In this document: positions 7,994 to 17,375 of the stretch, one piece after another
Layout: each line of letters begins with the position of its first letter
How positions within the stretch are numbered: position 1 is the stretch's first letter
Assembly: GCA_964589445.1 (NCBI GenBank)
Contig: CAZPQX010000003.1
Span: forward strand, 42,133 to 106,132
Source: an uncultured Candidatus Saccharibacteria bacterium
GTDB taxonomy: Bacteria; Patescibacteriota; Minisyncoccia; Phycocordibacterales; WO2-35-19
Direction: 5' to 3'
DNA length: 64,000 nucleotides
Made by a program: the position numbers and the translations under genes
The notes under the pieces: generated by a model
What the model saw: the letters and a program-made list of their open reading frames with translations, nothing else
Databases searched by the model: none
What the model was told of the DNA's origin: nothing

Positions 7994-8884
7994 ATGAAAA
8001 AGGAACTTAAAAACATAGCAGTGCTCGGGGTTTTTGCTTTGCTGGTATTGATTGGAGTGGGGGAGAAAGCACTCGCTACTATAGGTGGCCCGACCTACAT
8101 ATATGATTTCAAATACAACCCGAAAGATGAGTCGGTGTACTACACTGAAAGCGACTACGGAGGCAGAGGCTGCCCACCCATGCTCTCCAAAACATCACTC
8201 GCCACAGGCGTGAGTCAAAAGGTGTACTCATGTGACCAGGGGGAAAAATTATACGACGGAAAAGATTATGAGGTTGCTATTGCTGAGGTGAGGGCTCAGA
8301 TAAACGCCATCACTCAAAATTTCAAAAACCTGGTACCTATCAGTCTAAAGAAAAATAATATTGCTATTGATTTAAAGTTTGTGAGAACTGAAAATTTGAA
8401 CCCCGAGATAGATGAGATCAAAAACAGTGTGTTTAGTGCAACTGTATATCAAGGTGACAAAAAACTGACAGAAATGGAGATATCGGGCTGCAACACTGAG
8501 CAGCCTTTCACTTTTGCCGGCTATGCTGTGCCTGGGTTTGATAAAAAGATAGTGCTCCTCCTTTCTACAAAGGGTGATTGTTTTGAAGGTGGCTATATAG
8601 ACGAGTCGCTCCTCGTGGTGGGCGGCCTAAATTCTATAAACAGAGAATCTTTAAATTTTTATAAGAGCGACGAAGCTCTAGTACCCAACGAAGGCACACT
8701 CACTGTATATGAAAATGAAAGTGTGGAGGTGGTAAATAATGGCGAAGTAGAAACACCTACAGAAACGGAAACAGAAGCAGAGGGAGAGGCAAATATGAAT
8801 TTATATATAATATTTGGGGTAGCCGCTCTGGTGCTTGTGGTACTCGGGTTTGTTGTAGGTAGGATGAGTAAAAAACAAGTTTAG
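7994..8884 (+). CDS. Secreted, C-terminally anchored hypothetical protein
   Basis: Signal peptide, Cys pairs, acidic linker, C-terminal TM plus basic tail. Confidence 0.75.
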   Translation: MKKELKNIAVLGVFALLVLIGVGEKALATIGGPTYIYDFKYNPKDESVYYTESDYGGRGCPPMLSKTSLATGVSQKVYSCDQGEKLYDGKDYEVAIAEVRAQINAITQNFKNLVPISLKKNNIAIDLKFVRTENLNPEIDEIKNSVFSATVYQGDKKLTEMEISGCNTEQPFTFAGYAVPGFDKKIVLLLSTKGDCFEGGYIDESLLVVGGLNSINRESLNFYKSDEALVPNEGTLTVYENESVEVVNNGEVETPTETETEAEGEANMNLYIIFGVAALVLVVLGFVVGRMSKKQV

Positions 8885-8893
8885 GAAGCCCTC

Positions 8894-9142
8894 ATGTATA
8901 AAGTTTATATCCTCGAATGTGCTGACCAAACTTTGTATGTCGGCTCGACCAACAATTTGGAGAAGCGGCTCGTAGAGCACAATACTTCTAAGAAAGGTGC
9001 TCACTATACGAAAATAAGAAGGCCAGTGGTTTTGAGGTATTCTGAAGACATGCCCAACCTCTCCGCCGCCCTAAAAAGGGAACTTGAGATAAAAAGATTA
9101 AAAAGACAGGAGAAGCTAGCTTTGATTGAAAAAACTGGGTAA
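8894..9142 (+). CDS. GIY-YIG nuclease (YazA/UPF0213-like)
   Basis: YKVYILECADQTLYVGSTNNLEKRL; close paralog of 3673-3960. Confidence 0.9.
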   Translation: MYKVYILECADQTLYVGSTNNLEKRLVEHNTSKKGAHYTKIRRPVVLRYSEDMPNLSAALKRELEIKRLKRQEKLALIEKTG

Positions 9143-9227
9143 ATTGACTTTTTCAAAAAAAATAGTAGTGTGAATGTGGAAAAAAAGAACGCCTTTGCGG
9201 CGTTTGTAGCTGGAAGGAAAGGAAAGC

Positions 9228-9830
9228 ATGTCTTCTCTCAAAACTGTTGGGGTTTGTATCCAGGATACCATCTATGCAAGAGGTCTTACCTCAGTGCTGG
9301 AGGGTGCTGGCTACGAGGTGTCTTGTTTAGATGTGTGCACTTTGTGCGCCGACGACATTCCCGATTGTGTTATTGTGGGTCTGAGGAAGGGTGTTCAGAT
9401 TGTGGATTTTCTGATTTCTCAAATCGGAGCATTCAAAGAGTCACCTAAAGCTCTCGTTGTCATCACGAGCGGCGTTACTTCGACCCAGGTGGACAAGCTG
9501 AAGTCGCTCGGGGTGAATGCGATACTGAGCTTCGAGATGGAGCCGGAGGAACTCGTTAACTCGATGGTTCTCTTGCCACAACATTCAATTGTTAACCTGG
9601 AAATAATCACTCCAGGGGCAAATCCGAAACTCCTGACCATCAGGGAATGGCAGGTGTTATCTTTGCTAGCGGAAGGTTTATCGGTCAAGGAGATTGCCGT
9701 ATATCTCAACCTGAATGTGAAGACTGTGGAGGCCCATAAGCTCAATCTCATGAGGAAGCTCGACCTCCACAATAAGGTTGAGGTGGTGAAGTGGTGGTTG
9801 GACAACAAGCAACACAAACCGGCAGCCTAA
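9228..9830 (+). CDS. LuxR/NarL-type regulator with degenerate receiver domain
   Basis: LTIREWQVLSLLAEGLSVKEIA..LNLNVKTVEAHKLNLMRKLDLHN HTH; receiver acidic residues poorly conserved. Confidence 0.85.
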   Translation: MSSLKTVGVCIQDTIYARGLTSVLEGAGYEVSCLDVCTLCADDIPDCVIVGLRKGVQIVDFLISQIGAFKESPKALVVITSGVTSTQVDKLKSLGVNAILSFEMEPEELVNSMVLLPQHSIVNLEIITPGANPKLLTIREWQVLSLLAEGLSVKEIAVYLNLNVKTVEAHKLNLMRKLDLHNKVEVVKWWLDNKQHKPAA

Positions 9831-9973
9831 TGTTTGGCCGCGCTCTCTTGATAGAATCCCGCAGGATATCGCGGGGTTCTTTTTGTAAATGTTCATGATG
9901 GGGTGTTGAGATGCATAGGCATCAGAAACTCGCATTCATTGAAAAAACAGGATTAAGGGGGTAGAATTTTGTA

Positions 9974-10432
9974 ATGCAAAAAATAACACCCAATCTTTGG
10001 TTTAAGGGCAACGCCGTTGAGGCAGTCAACTTTTATTTATCGGTTTTCCCTGACTCCAAAATTATCACTACTTCGTATTATCCGACAGAAGGACTACTCG
10101 ATTTCCAAAAAGATTTTGCTGGGAAGCCTCTCGCTATTTACTTTTCGCTTATGGGAATGGAGTTTGTGGCGATAAACGCAGGCAACGAATTTACTTTCAA
10201 TGAAGCAGTTTCATTCAATATTTCTTGTAAGGATCAAGAAGAGATTGACTATTATTGGCAAAAGCTTGCACTAGAAGGAGGAGAAGAAAGTGTTTGCGGA
10301 TGGTGCAAAGACAAGTATGGCCTCTCGTGGCAGATCAACCCAGAAAATATAGAAGACTTGATGCTCAAACCTGGTGCCTGGTCAAAACTTTTGGAGATGA
10401 AAAAGATTGATATAAAGGCACTCGAAGAATAG
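9974..10432 (+). CDS. VOC/PhnB-like family protein
   Basis: QKITPNLWF...FNEAVSF...CGWCKDKYGLSWQI. Confidence 0.9.
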   Translation: MQKITPNLWFKGNAVEAVNFYLSVFPDSKIITTSYYPTEGLLDFQKDFAGKPLAIYFSLMGMEFVAINAGNEFTFNEAVSFNISCKDQEEIDYYWQKLALEGGEESVCGWCKDKYGLSWQINPENIEDLMLKPGAWSKLLEMKKIDIKALEE

Positions 10433-10456
10433 TCGTATCTAATTTTGTGATACAAA

Positions 10457-10490
10457 AAGAAAAGCCCCGATTTCGATCGGGGCTTTTCTT
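10457..10490. terminator. Bidirectional intrinsic terminator
   Basis: AAGAAAAGCCCCGAT-TTCG-ATCGGGGCTTTTCTT between convergent genes. Confidence 0.85.
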
Positions 10491-10511
10491 GAACTAAAAA
10501 TATTTTTAAAA

Positions 10512-11030
10512 CTATACGAGGTGTTCGAGCCAGGCGCCTACGCTGTAGGCGACTATAGCTGCGATGATACCTATGGCACATGTCTGGATAGCTGTCTTAG
10601 CTTTGGAAACATGAGCTAGTTCACCGCGGATGAGTCCTATAATAAAGAAGGTGATAAGGGTGAGGATGGAGGCTGCATAAAATTCATTTTGGATTGATCC
10701 TGGGAAAAAGTAGCTCCACACGTAAGAAATCATAGGGATAGATCCGACAGTTATAAATGAAAGGAAGGTGACAGAAGCAGTCTTCCAAGGAGAGGTGTGT
10801 TCCATATCTTGGTTTTGAGTCTGGTGCGACTCTTCGGATAGGAAGTTTGAAGATGCCATCGAAAAGCCGTCGGCCAAAACATTTGAGAAGCCGAGGATAA
10901 GCACTATCGAAGGGTCGAGCTTTGCCCCCGCGATGCCGGCGATGATGGCAAAAGTGGTGACTGTGCCGTCTATCGAGCCATATACAAACTCTGGTAAATA
11001 TTCGGAAAACTTTTTTCTAATTTCATGCAT
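10512..11030 (-). CDS. VIT1/CCC1 family transporter
   Basis: VYGSIDGTVTTFA...NVLADGFSMASSNFLS. Confidence 0.9.
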   Translation of the reverse strand: MHEIRKKFSEYLPEFVYGSIDGTVTTFAIIAGIAGAKLDPSIVLILGFSNVLADGFSMASSNFLSEESHQTQNQDMEHTSPWKTASVTFLSFITVGSIPMISYVWSYFFPGSIQNEFYAASILTLITFFIIGLIRGELAHVSKAKTAIQTCAIGIIAAIVAYSVGAWLEHLV

Positions 11031-11062
11031 AGTTTTTTTATTGTAACATAGTAATTATAAAT

Positions 11063-11317
11063 ATGTTTAATTCAAAAAAGAGTCAGTTGGTGATACTTGG
11101 AGCCCTATCTCTCATTTGTTCGGGGTTGTTTTTCGCACTTTTAAATGACCCTGAAGGTCCAAATCTATTGGTGATCTTCGGGATGGCAATGATCGTGTAT
11201 TTCCCATCCCTAGGTTTTTATTTGCTCAATGGATCATTCACTGGTATCAAGAAGCTCCTGATCACGATCCTAATTCAGCTAGTGGTAACTGTTTGTTTCT
11301 ATTTTTTCCTGAGTTAA
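11063..11317 (+). CDS. Small membrane protein
   Basis: Three hydrophobic segments, DPEGPNLLV loop. Confidence 0.7.
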   Translation: MFNSKKSQLVILGALSLICSGLFFALLNDPEGPNLLVIFGMAMIVYFPSLGFYLLNGSFTGIKKLLITILIQLVVTVCFYFFLS

Positions 11318-11460
11318 TATTCCTGCTCTCTTTTTTACTTCACAATCTTTTTTCTATTGACAAAGCATAATTTCAATGTAGTATATTGCCCGTACGCGTT
11401 CTTTGTAGAAGTAGAAGTACCGGAAAAGGGTGCGTAACATCTGACTTGGGGAGTGTTTTT

Positions 11461-11988
11461 ATGGCAGCAAATACTAAGGGACTCGACCTCTTCGCGGCGA
11501 TGGCCGCGGTGGATTTGACGGCGATGTCGATGTCCATGGATGATGGGGTGTGGGGCCCGGTTGAGGAGGGAGACACCGTTTTGGGTGTCATGAGTGAGAA
11601 CCTTCAGCGGATCTTCTGCGTTCGGGCCAATGTCTTTTTCGAGCTCCGGTCGTTTGCCGGGGCGGCTCGTGAAAAGGGCATTCAACTCATCGCTCGTCAT
11701 TTGGAGGAGGTCACATCTCGTGTGGAGGGCGAAGAATTAGGCTGCACCGCGTTCCAAAAGGAGATCGAGGATACCTTTGAAGAAACCTATGGTCTCCAGA
11801 TGGTGTGCGATCGCGTGAGTGAAATTTTGTCAGATTTGATTGCTCTCGAGCTGGGGCTCGAGAGCACTCAGGGACTCATCGTCCGCGAGGGTTTCCAGGT
11901 CGTCAAGCCCAAGGGCCACGAAGAGGAGATCCCACTCCATTTCAAAATCTTGGTGTCCAGGGGTGGGGGGCGCGGTAAACCTGCGTAG
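11461..11988 (+). CDS. Hypothetical protein (GC-richer stand-alone gene)
   Basis: ATG 11461 after GGGAG; TTGACA promoter upstream; hairpin plus T tract near 12017-12050. Confidence 0.65.
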   Translation: MAANTKGLDLFAAMAAVDLTAMSMSMDDGVWGPVEEGDTVLGVMSENLQRIFCVRANVFFELRSFAGAAREKGIQLIARHLEEVTSRVEGEELGCTAFQKEIEDTFEETYGLQMVCDRVSEILSDLIALELGLESTQGLIVREGFQVVKPKGHEEEIPLHFKILVSRGGGRGKPA

Positions 11989-12095
11989 GATATCGGCGCA
12001 AAAAATCAGCGATGGCTGGGGCCGGGTGGAGACACCTGGCCTTTTTCTTTTTAAAATTTTATACAAAACCAATATCGATTTGTTATAATATTGGT

Positions 12096-12395
12096 ATGAA
12101 AAAGATATTTATTTTGATTGTGATATTAGTAGTTGGTGTTTTGGGTTATTTATTCTTTAGAAAGTCTCCCGAGGAGGCTATGCCAAATAATACAAACACT
12201 CCAAATACTGAGCAGGGAGCAGTTTCTGGAAAAATTAATATAAACGTAGTTTGCGAAGGAGCTCTTTCATACATGACCTTCCCAGACGCTGTGGCGGCTG
12301 ACGCATTTGTCGCTGAATGTAAAGAAGGAAAGCACCCTGAAGTGATAGAAAAATACAAAGCCGATATGAATTTGGGAGATGGCGCCGCGATATAA
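12096..12395 (+). CDS. Membrane-anchored hypothetical protein
   Basis: MKKIFIL N-terminal TM, CEGALSYMTFPD...ECKEG; TATAAT 6 nt upstream. Confidence 0.75.
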   Translation: MKKIFILIVILVVGVLGYLFFRKSPEEAMPNNTNTPNTEQGAVSGKININVVCEGALSYMTFPDAVAADAFVAECKEGKHPEVIEKYKADMNLGDGAAI

Positions 12396-12406
12396 AAATT
12401 CAAAAT

Positions 12407-12442
12407 AAAACAGCCAGCCCCCGTAAGGGGGCCGGCTGTTTT
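12407..12442. terminator. Bidirectional intrinsic terminator
   Basis: AAAACAGCCAGCCCCC-GTAA-GGGGGCCGGCTGTTTT. Confidence 0.8.
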
Positions 12443-12479
12443 TGGCTATTAATTTTTCGATACTAGGGGACTAGCTAAC

Positions 12480-14507
12480 TTAAGGGAATGATACGTCGCT
12501 TGTCCTCCACTCAACTAGGCCTGACATGAAGTTTGTCGTGTTTATCGTACCCCCTCCTTGCCACCTAAATCCTTCAAAACCTATTGAGTAGATGCCTGTA
12601 GGTAGAGGAGAGCCGTCTGGTCTTCTACCTAGGATTTGGAAGGTTACAGGTATTGATACTTCTGTACCTTCTGGGATCCTAAAGCTGTTTGTAAGTCCCG
12701 AAGTGTTGCTTCCGCTAGGGATGCTAAATGAGGTTGATGTAGCGGCACTCCCTATACTATTGTCGGATGCACCATTCCTATAAACTTGGAATGACCCGCT
12801 TGTAGATCCGAAAGCAGGGGATGTAGAAGCTGCTGTACCAAGTATCAGATCTTCTCCTACCGCTCTAATCCTCAAGTTGAATGTGGCGGTGAGAGTAGAT
12901 GTGCTCATATTGCTTGTACCACCAAACTGGGGTGCACCATTTGTGGTGATGCTTGCGGATGAAAGTGAAATCTCTGGACCAACATTTCTCACTGTCACAG
13001 GGTAGCCGATGGCGCTGCCCGTGATGTCGCTCGTGTCTATACTGTCACCAAGATTGTTTTCTGCTGTGATGCCTGAAGAGGAGGCACTAGCAGAAAATGT
13101 AACAGGATTGATGTCACTATTCCTTATGTCAGCTCTTACACTGAGTGTGCGAGTAGTGTTTATTGGTATGTTGTAATCGATATTACTAAACACTGCTGTG
13201 TCGCCATTTACTGATGTATTGTCTATCTCTCTAGAGCCGTCATACAAGTAAAGTGTGCTTGAAGCGTTTGCACTTCCGCTACCACTTTTACTTATATTTA
13301 CTCTGAGGTCTCTCATCACGATATCAGCTCTCTCTGCTCTGAGGTCAAAGGTGAGTAGAGTGAGCCTGTCTATCTCGTTGTTGTTTACACCGGAAGAAGA
13401 GACTACATTTTGAGCTCTCGGAGTAGAGTTGTTTAGAGAAAGTCTAAGTGTCGCTGTCTCTGAAAGACTTTCCTGTACGCTAAAGCTTCTTGATACGCTT
13501 GAGCCAAAAGAAGGACCGTAGTGGTCTATACCTGCTCCGTCTGTACCTCTCACACCGTTGTTTGCAAGTGATATAGAGCGAGAGCCTCTGTCATTCTGGT
13601 CTATACTAGTCCGCACATCTGCTCTGATCACCAAGTCTCTAGATGTTTCCTTCGGTACAATGTAGCTAAAACCCGTGAGGTCTATAAAGTAGTTGTCACC
13701 TTCTCTGATCACATTTGATGAATTCAGGTCTCTAGATGCTATGCTTGTGTTTGAGTTGCCCTCGCTCAAATATATTCGAGAGAGTACTCTATTGTACAAG
13801 GTTGAGTTTGTGCCTAAGTTTACACGGACTCTTTGTACCGCTATGTCGGAAGTCCTAGCTTCTACTCTCATACCAAGCACTGCTACACCAGTCTGACCTT
13901 CGTAGATAGTAGAGCTTATGCCGGCGTTGGTCTGGCTAACTGTCATGATGCCCTCTACTCCTGGAGTGGTGATGCCGCCAGTTGTAGGAGTGGTGGTGCC
14001 TGTAGTTGGTGGTGTGGTAGGTGTTTGGGCTGCAAGGATCGCGTTTATCCTAGCTCTTGTTATCGGACCGAAATATCCGGCTGTCGGGCTGATGCTTTGT
14101 GCAGCTTGGAAACGAGAGAGAGCCGCTTGTGTGAGTGTGCCGAAGTATCCATAAGCTACACCTGTAGGCATAACCAAATACCCATTTGTAACTAGGAACT
14201 GCTGAAGTCTAGTCACTTGTGCACCCGTGCTTCCTAGAGTCAGGTCGCTAGTGAAGACGAAGCTCGGAGTAGTCGGAGTACCTCCGGTTTGCTGTCCAGC
14301 TATTATTGCTTGTAGTTGGCTCACGAGTGCTAGCAATGTGTTTATCTGTGCCCTGAGGTGAGCGTCGGTGCTTGTAGTGGTAGTCGCCTGCGCGTTTGCT
14401 CTTTGGGGATTAATTCCAAAGCTTGGGATTAAGAGACCCAGGATGAGTGCTCCGCCCAAAAGCCACTTAAGCACCTTTTCCTTTTTTGTGCTTTCTTTGT
14501 TGTTCAT
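12480..14507 (-). CDS. Secreted surface protein with peptidoglycan-binding domain
   Basis: Signal peptide, DLTLGSTGAQV..LQ.FL...GYFG..T..AL..FQ PG-binding repeats, Ser/Thr-rich beta domains. Confidence 0.85.
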   Translation of the reverse strand: MNNKESTKKEKVLKWLLGGALILGLLIPSFGINPQRANAQATTTTSTDAHLRAQINTLLALVSQLQAIIAGQQTGGTPTTPSFVFTSDLTLGSTGAQVTRLQQFLVTNGYLVMPTGVAYGYFGTLTQAALSRFQAAQSISPTAGYFGPITRARINAILAAQTPTTPPTTGTTTPTTGGITTPGVEGIMTVSQTNAGISSTIYEGQTGVAVLGMRVEARTSDIAVQRVRVNLGTNSTLYNRVLSRIYLSEGNSNTSIASRDLNSSNVIREGDNYFIDLTGFSYIVPKETSRDLVIRADVRTSIDQNDRGSRSISLANNGVRGTDGAGIDHYGPSFGSSVSRSFSVQESLSETATLRLSLNNSTPRAQNVVSSSGVNNNEIDRLTLLTFDLRAERADIVMRDLRVNISKSGSGSANASSTLYLYDGSREIDNTSVNGDTAVFSNIDYNIPINTTRTLSVRADIRNSDINPVTFSASASSSGITAENNLGDSIDTSDITGSAIGYPVTVRNVGPEISLSSASITTNGAPQFGGTSNMSTSTLTATFNLRIRAVGEDLILGTAASTSPAFGSTSGSFQVYRNGASDNSIGSAATSTSFSIPSGSNTSGLTNSFRIPEGTEVSIPVTFQILGRRPDGSPLPTGIYSIGFEGFRWQGGGTINTTNFMSGLVEWRTSDVSFP

Positions 14508-14742
14508 AATTTTGAATTAAAAGTTTTTGAATAAGATAATAATTGCTGAACTGCCATTTTTGTAAGGCATAATAAAAGTGATGAGTTTTTGTATAACTCT
14601 TACTTCTAAGGAGTCTTACTTATAAATGGTATGTCCGCGACTTTAGGTTAACATTTGAATTGGGAAGTTTTGATGAAGAGGGGACAAACAAAATATCGCC
14701 GTATTAGTGGAGATATTTTGTTTGTTACTTTTTGTTTGGCGA

Positions 14743-15981
14743 TTATCCTATAAAGGTGAGGGCCTTTCCTGTCTTGCCGGCTCTGCCGGTCCTACCTATC
14801 CTGTGCACATAGTCTGCGTAAGTTTGAGGGAGGTCATAGTTGATGACATGTGTTATGTCTTTGACATCGATGCCTCTCGCTGCCACATCGGTGGCTACGA
14901 GTATTTGTACGAGATTATCTTTAAAAAGTCCGAGAGCCTTTTGGCGTTTGTTGTGATTTTTGTTGCCGTGGATGGACTCTGATTTGAAGCCTCTTGAAGC
15001 AAGCTCTTTTGAGAGCTTTTCTACTCCATGTTTGGTTTCCCCGAAGACAAGCACTTTGGTGAAGCCATCTTTCAAAAGAAGGTCGTGAAGGATGTCTATC
15101 TTTGTTTTACCCGAGTCCACTCTTACTATGTCTTGGTCGATACTCTTGGCTGTGTCTTGTGTTTTTACTGAGATAGAAACCGGGTCTTTTAGGAATACCT
15201 TTATAAGACTTTCGATTTCGGGAGACATGGTGGCTGAGAAGAAAATAGTGTGTCTCTCGCTCGGCATTTTGGACATCATAAATTTCATGTCACCGATGAA
15301 GCCCATGTCGAGCATGCGGTCTGCTTCGTCGAGGACTATTGTCTTGAAGAGAGACAAGTCTAAAATCTTTCTCTCTATCAAATCTTTTATTCTTCCTGGT
15401 GTGCCTATGACGAAATGATGGCTCCTCCTTAGGTTTGAAATCTGGCTACCTATCGGCGCGCCGCCCACTGTGACTACAGAAAATATACCGAGCCCGACCG
15501 CAAAGTCTCTTAGCTCCTTTTCTATCTGGATAGCGAGCTCTCTTGTCGGGGCCGCGATGATGACCTTCTCATTTTTATTTTTCAAAACTTTGTCTAAAAG
15601 AGGGATGAGGAAAGCTGCCGTCTTGCCTGTGCCTGTGTTGGCGATGCCGACGATGTCTCTTGCCTTTAGTATGTGAGGGATAGCTCTGTCTTGTATTGGG
15701 CTAGGGGAGAGGTAGCCCTTTTTTGCTATGTTTGATTTTATTTTTTCGTCAATCAAAAAGTCTACGAACTTGTGCTCTGGCACAAACTTCTCTGCCTCTT
15801 CTACTATGACGGCTTTGTTTATAAATTTGGATACATCTATATGCTGGCCAAATCTTTTGCCCCTGCTCCTACCGCCCCTTTGGAATTTCTCTCCCCTTGA
15901 AGGTTTGCCGCCTCTTCCTCCAAATCTATTATTAAATTTTTGGCCTCTGTTTAGGGGCCTTCTGTTTTCTTTGTTGAACAT
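14743..15981 (-). CDS. DEAD-box RNA helicase
   Basis: TGTGKT, PTRELA, DEAD, SAT and HRIGRTGRAG motifs. Confidence 0.95.
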   Translation of the reverse strand: MFNKENRRPLNRGQKFNNRFGGRGGKPSRGEKFQRGGRSRGKRFGQHIDVSKFINKAVIVEEAEKFVPEHKFVDFLIDEKIKSNIAKKGYLSPSPIQDRAIPHILKARDIVGIANTGTGKTAAFLIPLLDKVLKNKNEKVIIAAPTRELAIQIEKELRDFAVGLGIFSVVTVGGAPIGSQISNLRRSHHFVIGTPGRIKDLIERKILDLSLFKTIVLDEADRMLDMGFIGDMKFMMSKMPSERHTIFFSATMSPEIESLIKVFLKDPVSISVKTQDTAKSIDQDIVRVDSGKTKIDILHDLLLKDGFTKVLVFGETKHGVEKLSKELASRGFKSESIHGNKNHNKRQKALGLFKDNLVQILVATDVAARGIDVKDITHVINYDLPQTYADYVHRIGRTGRAGKTGKALTFIG

Positions 15982-16168
15982 AATTACTTAACTACACCCT
16001 GATGTCCGCCTAGGTTATATTAGTTAAGCAAACAAAAATAGTGATATTACCCATTAAGTATATACTATTTGGTCTATCTTGTCAATACAGGCGTACAGGC
16101 GGGTAAAAATGGCCTTTTTATACACATATTTAAATTGTAGCTACTCCTCGCTCATATATAATGTATGT

Positions 16169-16234
16169 ATGGCTAAAGGCTTAGGAATACGAAAGGAAAA
16201 GAAGAAACCAAAGAAGAACAAACTCGGTAAGTAA
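16169..16234 (+). CDS. 21-aa Lys-rich small protein (MAKGLGIRKEKKKPKKNKLGK)
   Basis: TATAAT at 16157-16162 is 6 nt before the ATG; below the ORF-track cutoff. Confidence 0.55.
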   Translation: MAKGLGIRKEKKKPKKNKLGK

Positions 16235-16348
16235 GGTCTCGGTGGCTCTGGTTTCTCAAATTCATATCTCTTTAATGTGGGCATTTTAATATTGCCGTTT
16301 TTTGCTTTTGTGGTATAAATATTTTCGGAAAGGATCGGTGATATTTGA

Positions 16349-16978
16349 ATGATGAGAGCGTTTGAGGTCGAGCTTCAGTTTGCTAGTCAGAGGCTCGAGG
16401 CTTTCCTAAAAGCAAATCGTAGGTTGCTCGGGGAGTCTGGTCTCGAGTCACAGATGGTTGTTGGTCGCTATGCGGCGGCGATAGCCGGCAACTTCATCGC
16501 TTGGCTCGGGATGACTTATCCCTGGCTTAGGCATGAGCGGGCGAGGCGTGTCGTTTTGGACAATTTGCGATGCGATATGGGGGTCAACCGCCGGAGTGTG
16601 CTCCTTAGGTTTGCTAAGAAGTGCGGTGCAATACTTGGTGTAGATGAATACGAGCATGTCGCGTATCATGTGGGCTCCGTCTTCAATTTACTGGCAGACC
16701 CTTCGTTGGCGGGGCTGAGGGGGCTCGCCCTTCTTGCTACACTCGAGCGTCTTTCGCTTACCTTTATCCCCGAACTTGCACGCATGGCCGAAGAGTGCGG
16801 GTGTGTTGACTTTACATATATCCAATCTCATAACAGTGCTAGTGCGGCTCATTCCATCGCCCTTATTGAGGCGGTAAGTGATGAAATGGTGGTGGGTTAT
16901 CTGTCGGCCGAGACTGTGGTCGCGGAGGCATCAAGGTTGGCAGAAGATCTCATCAATCAAATCTTCTCACAAGACTAG
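16349..16978 (+). CDS. Heme-oxygenase-like / iron-containing redox enzyme family protein, apparently degenerate
   Basis: All-helical; NFIAWL, DNLRCD, LATLE, Y..SH..AS..H pattern; own promoter, RBS and terminator (16990-17017). Confidence 0.55.
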   Translation: MMRAFEVELQFASQRLEAFLKANRRLLGESGLESQMVVGRYAAAIAGNFIAWLGMTYPWLRHERARRVVLDNLRCDMGVNRRSVLLRFAKKCGAILGVDEYEHVAYHVGSVFNLLADPSLAGLRGLALLATLERLSLTFIPELARMAEECGCVDFTYIQSHNSASAAHSIALIEAVSDEMVVGYLSAETVVAEASRLAEDLINQIFSQD

Positions 16979-17061
16979 CTGGCTGGCTCAAAAGCCGCGC
17001 TTTCGGGCGCGGCTTTTTGTTTGGGTTTAAAAATGCACTAAGAAGTGGTAGAGTTTGGGGG

Positions 17062-17370
17062 ATGAAGGAAATCTTTTTGGATATAGGGTTTATACTTCTC
17101 ATGTATCTCTTGGCTTTTTTGTTTGGTTTTGGGTATAGGGCTGTTTTGAAATATTTTGCCAAAGGGACTGTGAGAGGGGTGAATAAAAATATTGGGAAGG
17201 TAGGGCGCCTTGTGCGCTTCGCTATAGGTGTGCTACTACTCATCCTCGCCATCACCACCACATGGAGCCCGCTCACTCTCTTCTTCTCTGGCTTCGCCAT
17301 CTTCGAAGCTCTCTTTAGCTGGTGCGGCTTCTACGCCGCCATTGGCAAGAATAGCTGCCCAGTGGGGTAA
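17062..17370 (+). CDS. DUF2892/YgaP-like membrane protein
   Basis: KNIG..GRLVR...WCGFYAAIGKNSCP. Confidence 0.8.
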   Translation: MKEIFLDIGFILLMYLLAFLFGFGYRAVLKYFAKGTVRGVNKNIGKVGRLVRFAIGVLLLILAITTTWSPLTLFFSGFAIFEALFSWCGFYAAIGKNSCPVG

Positions 17371-17375
17371 AAGTT

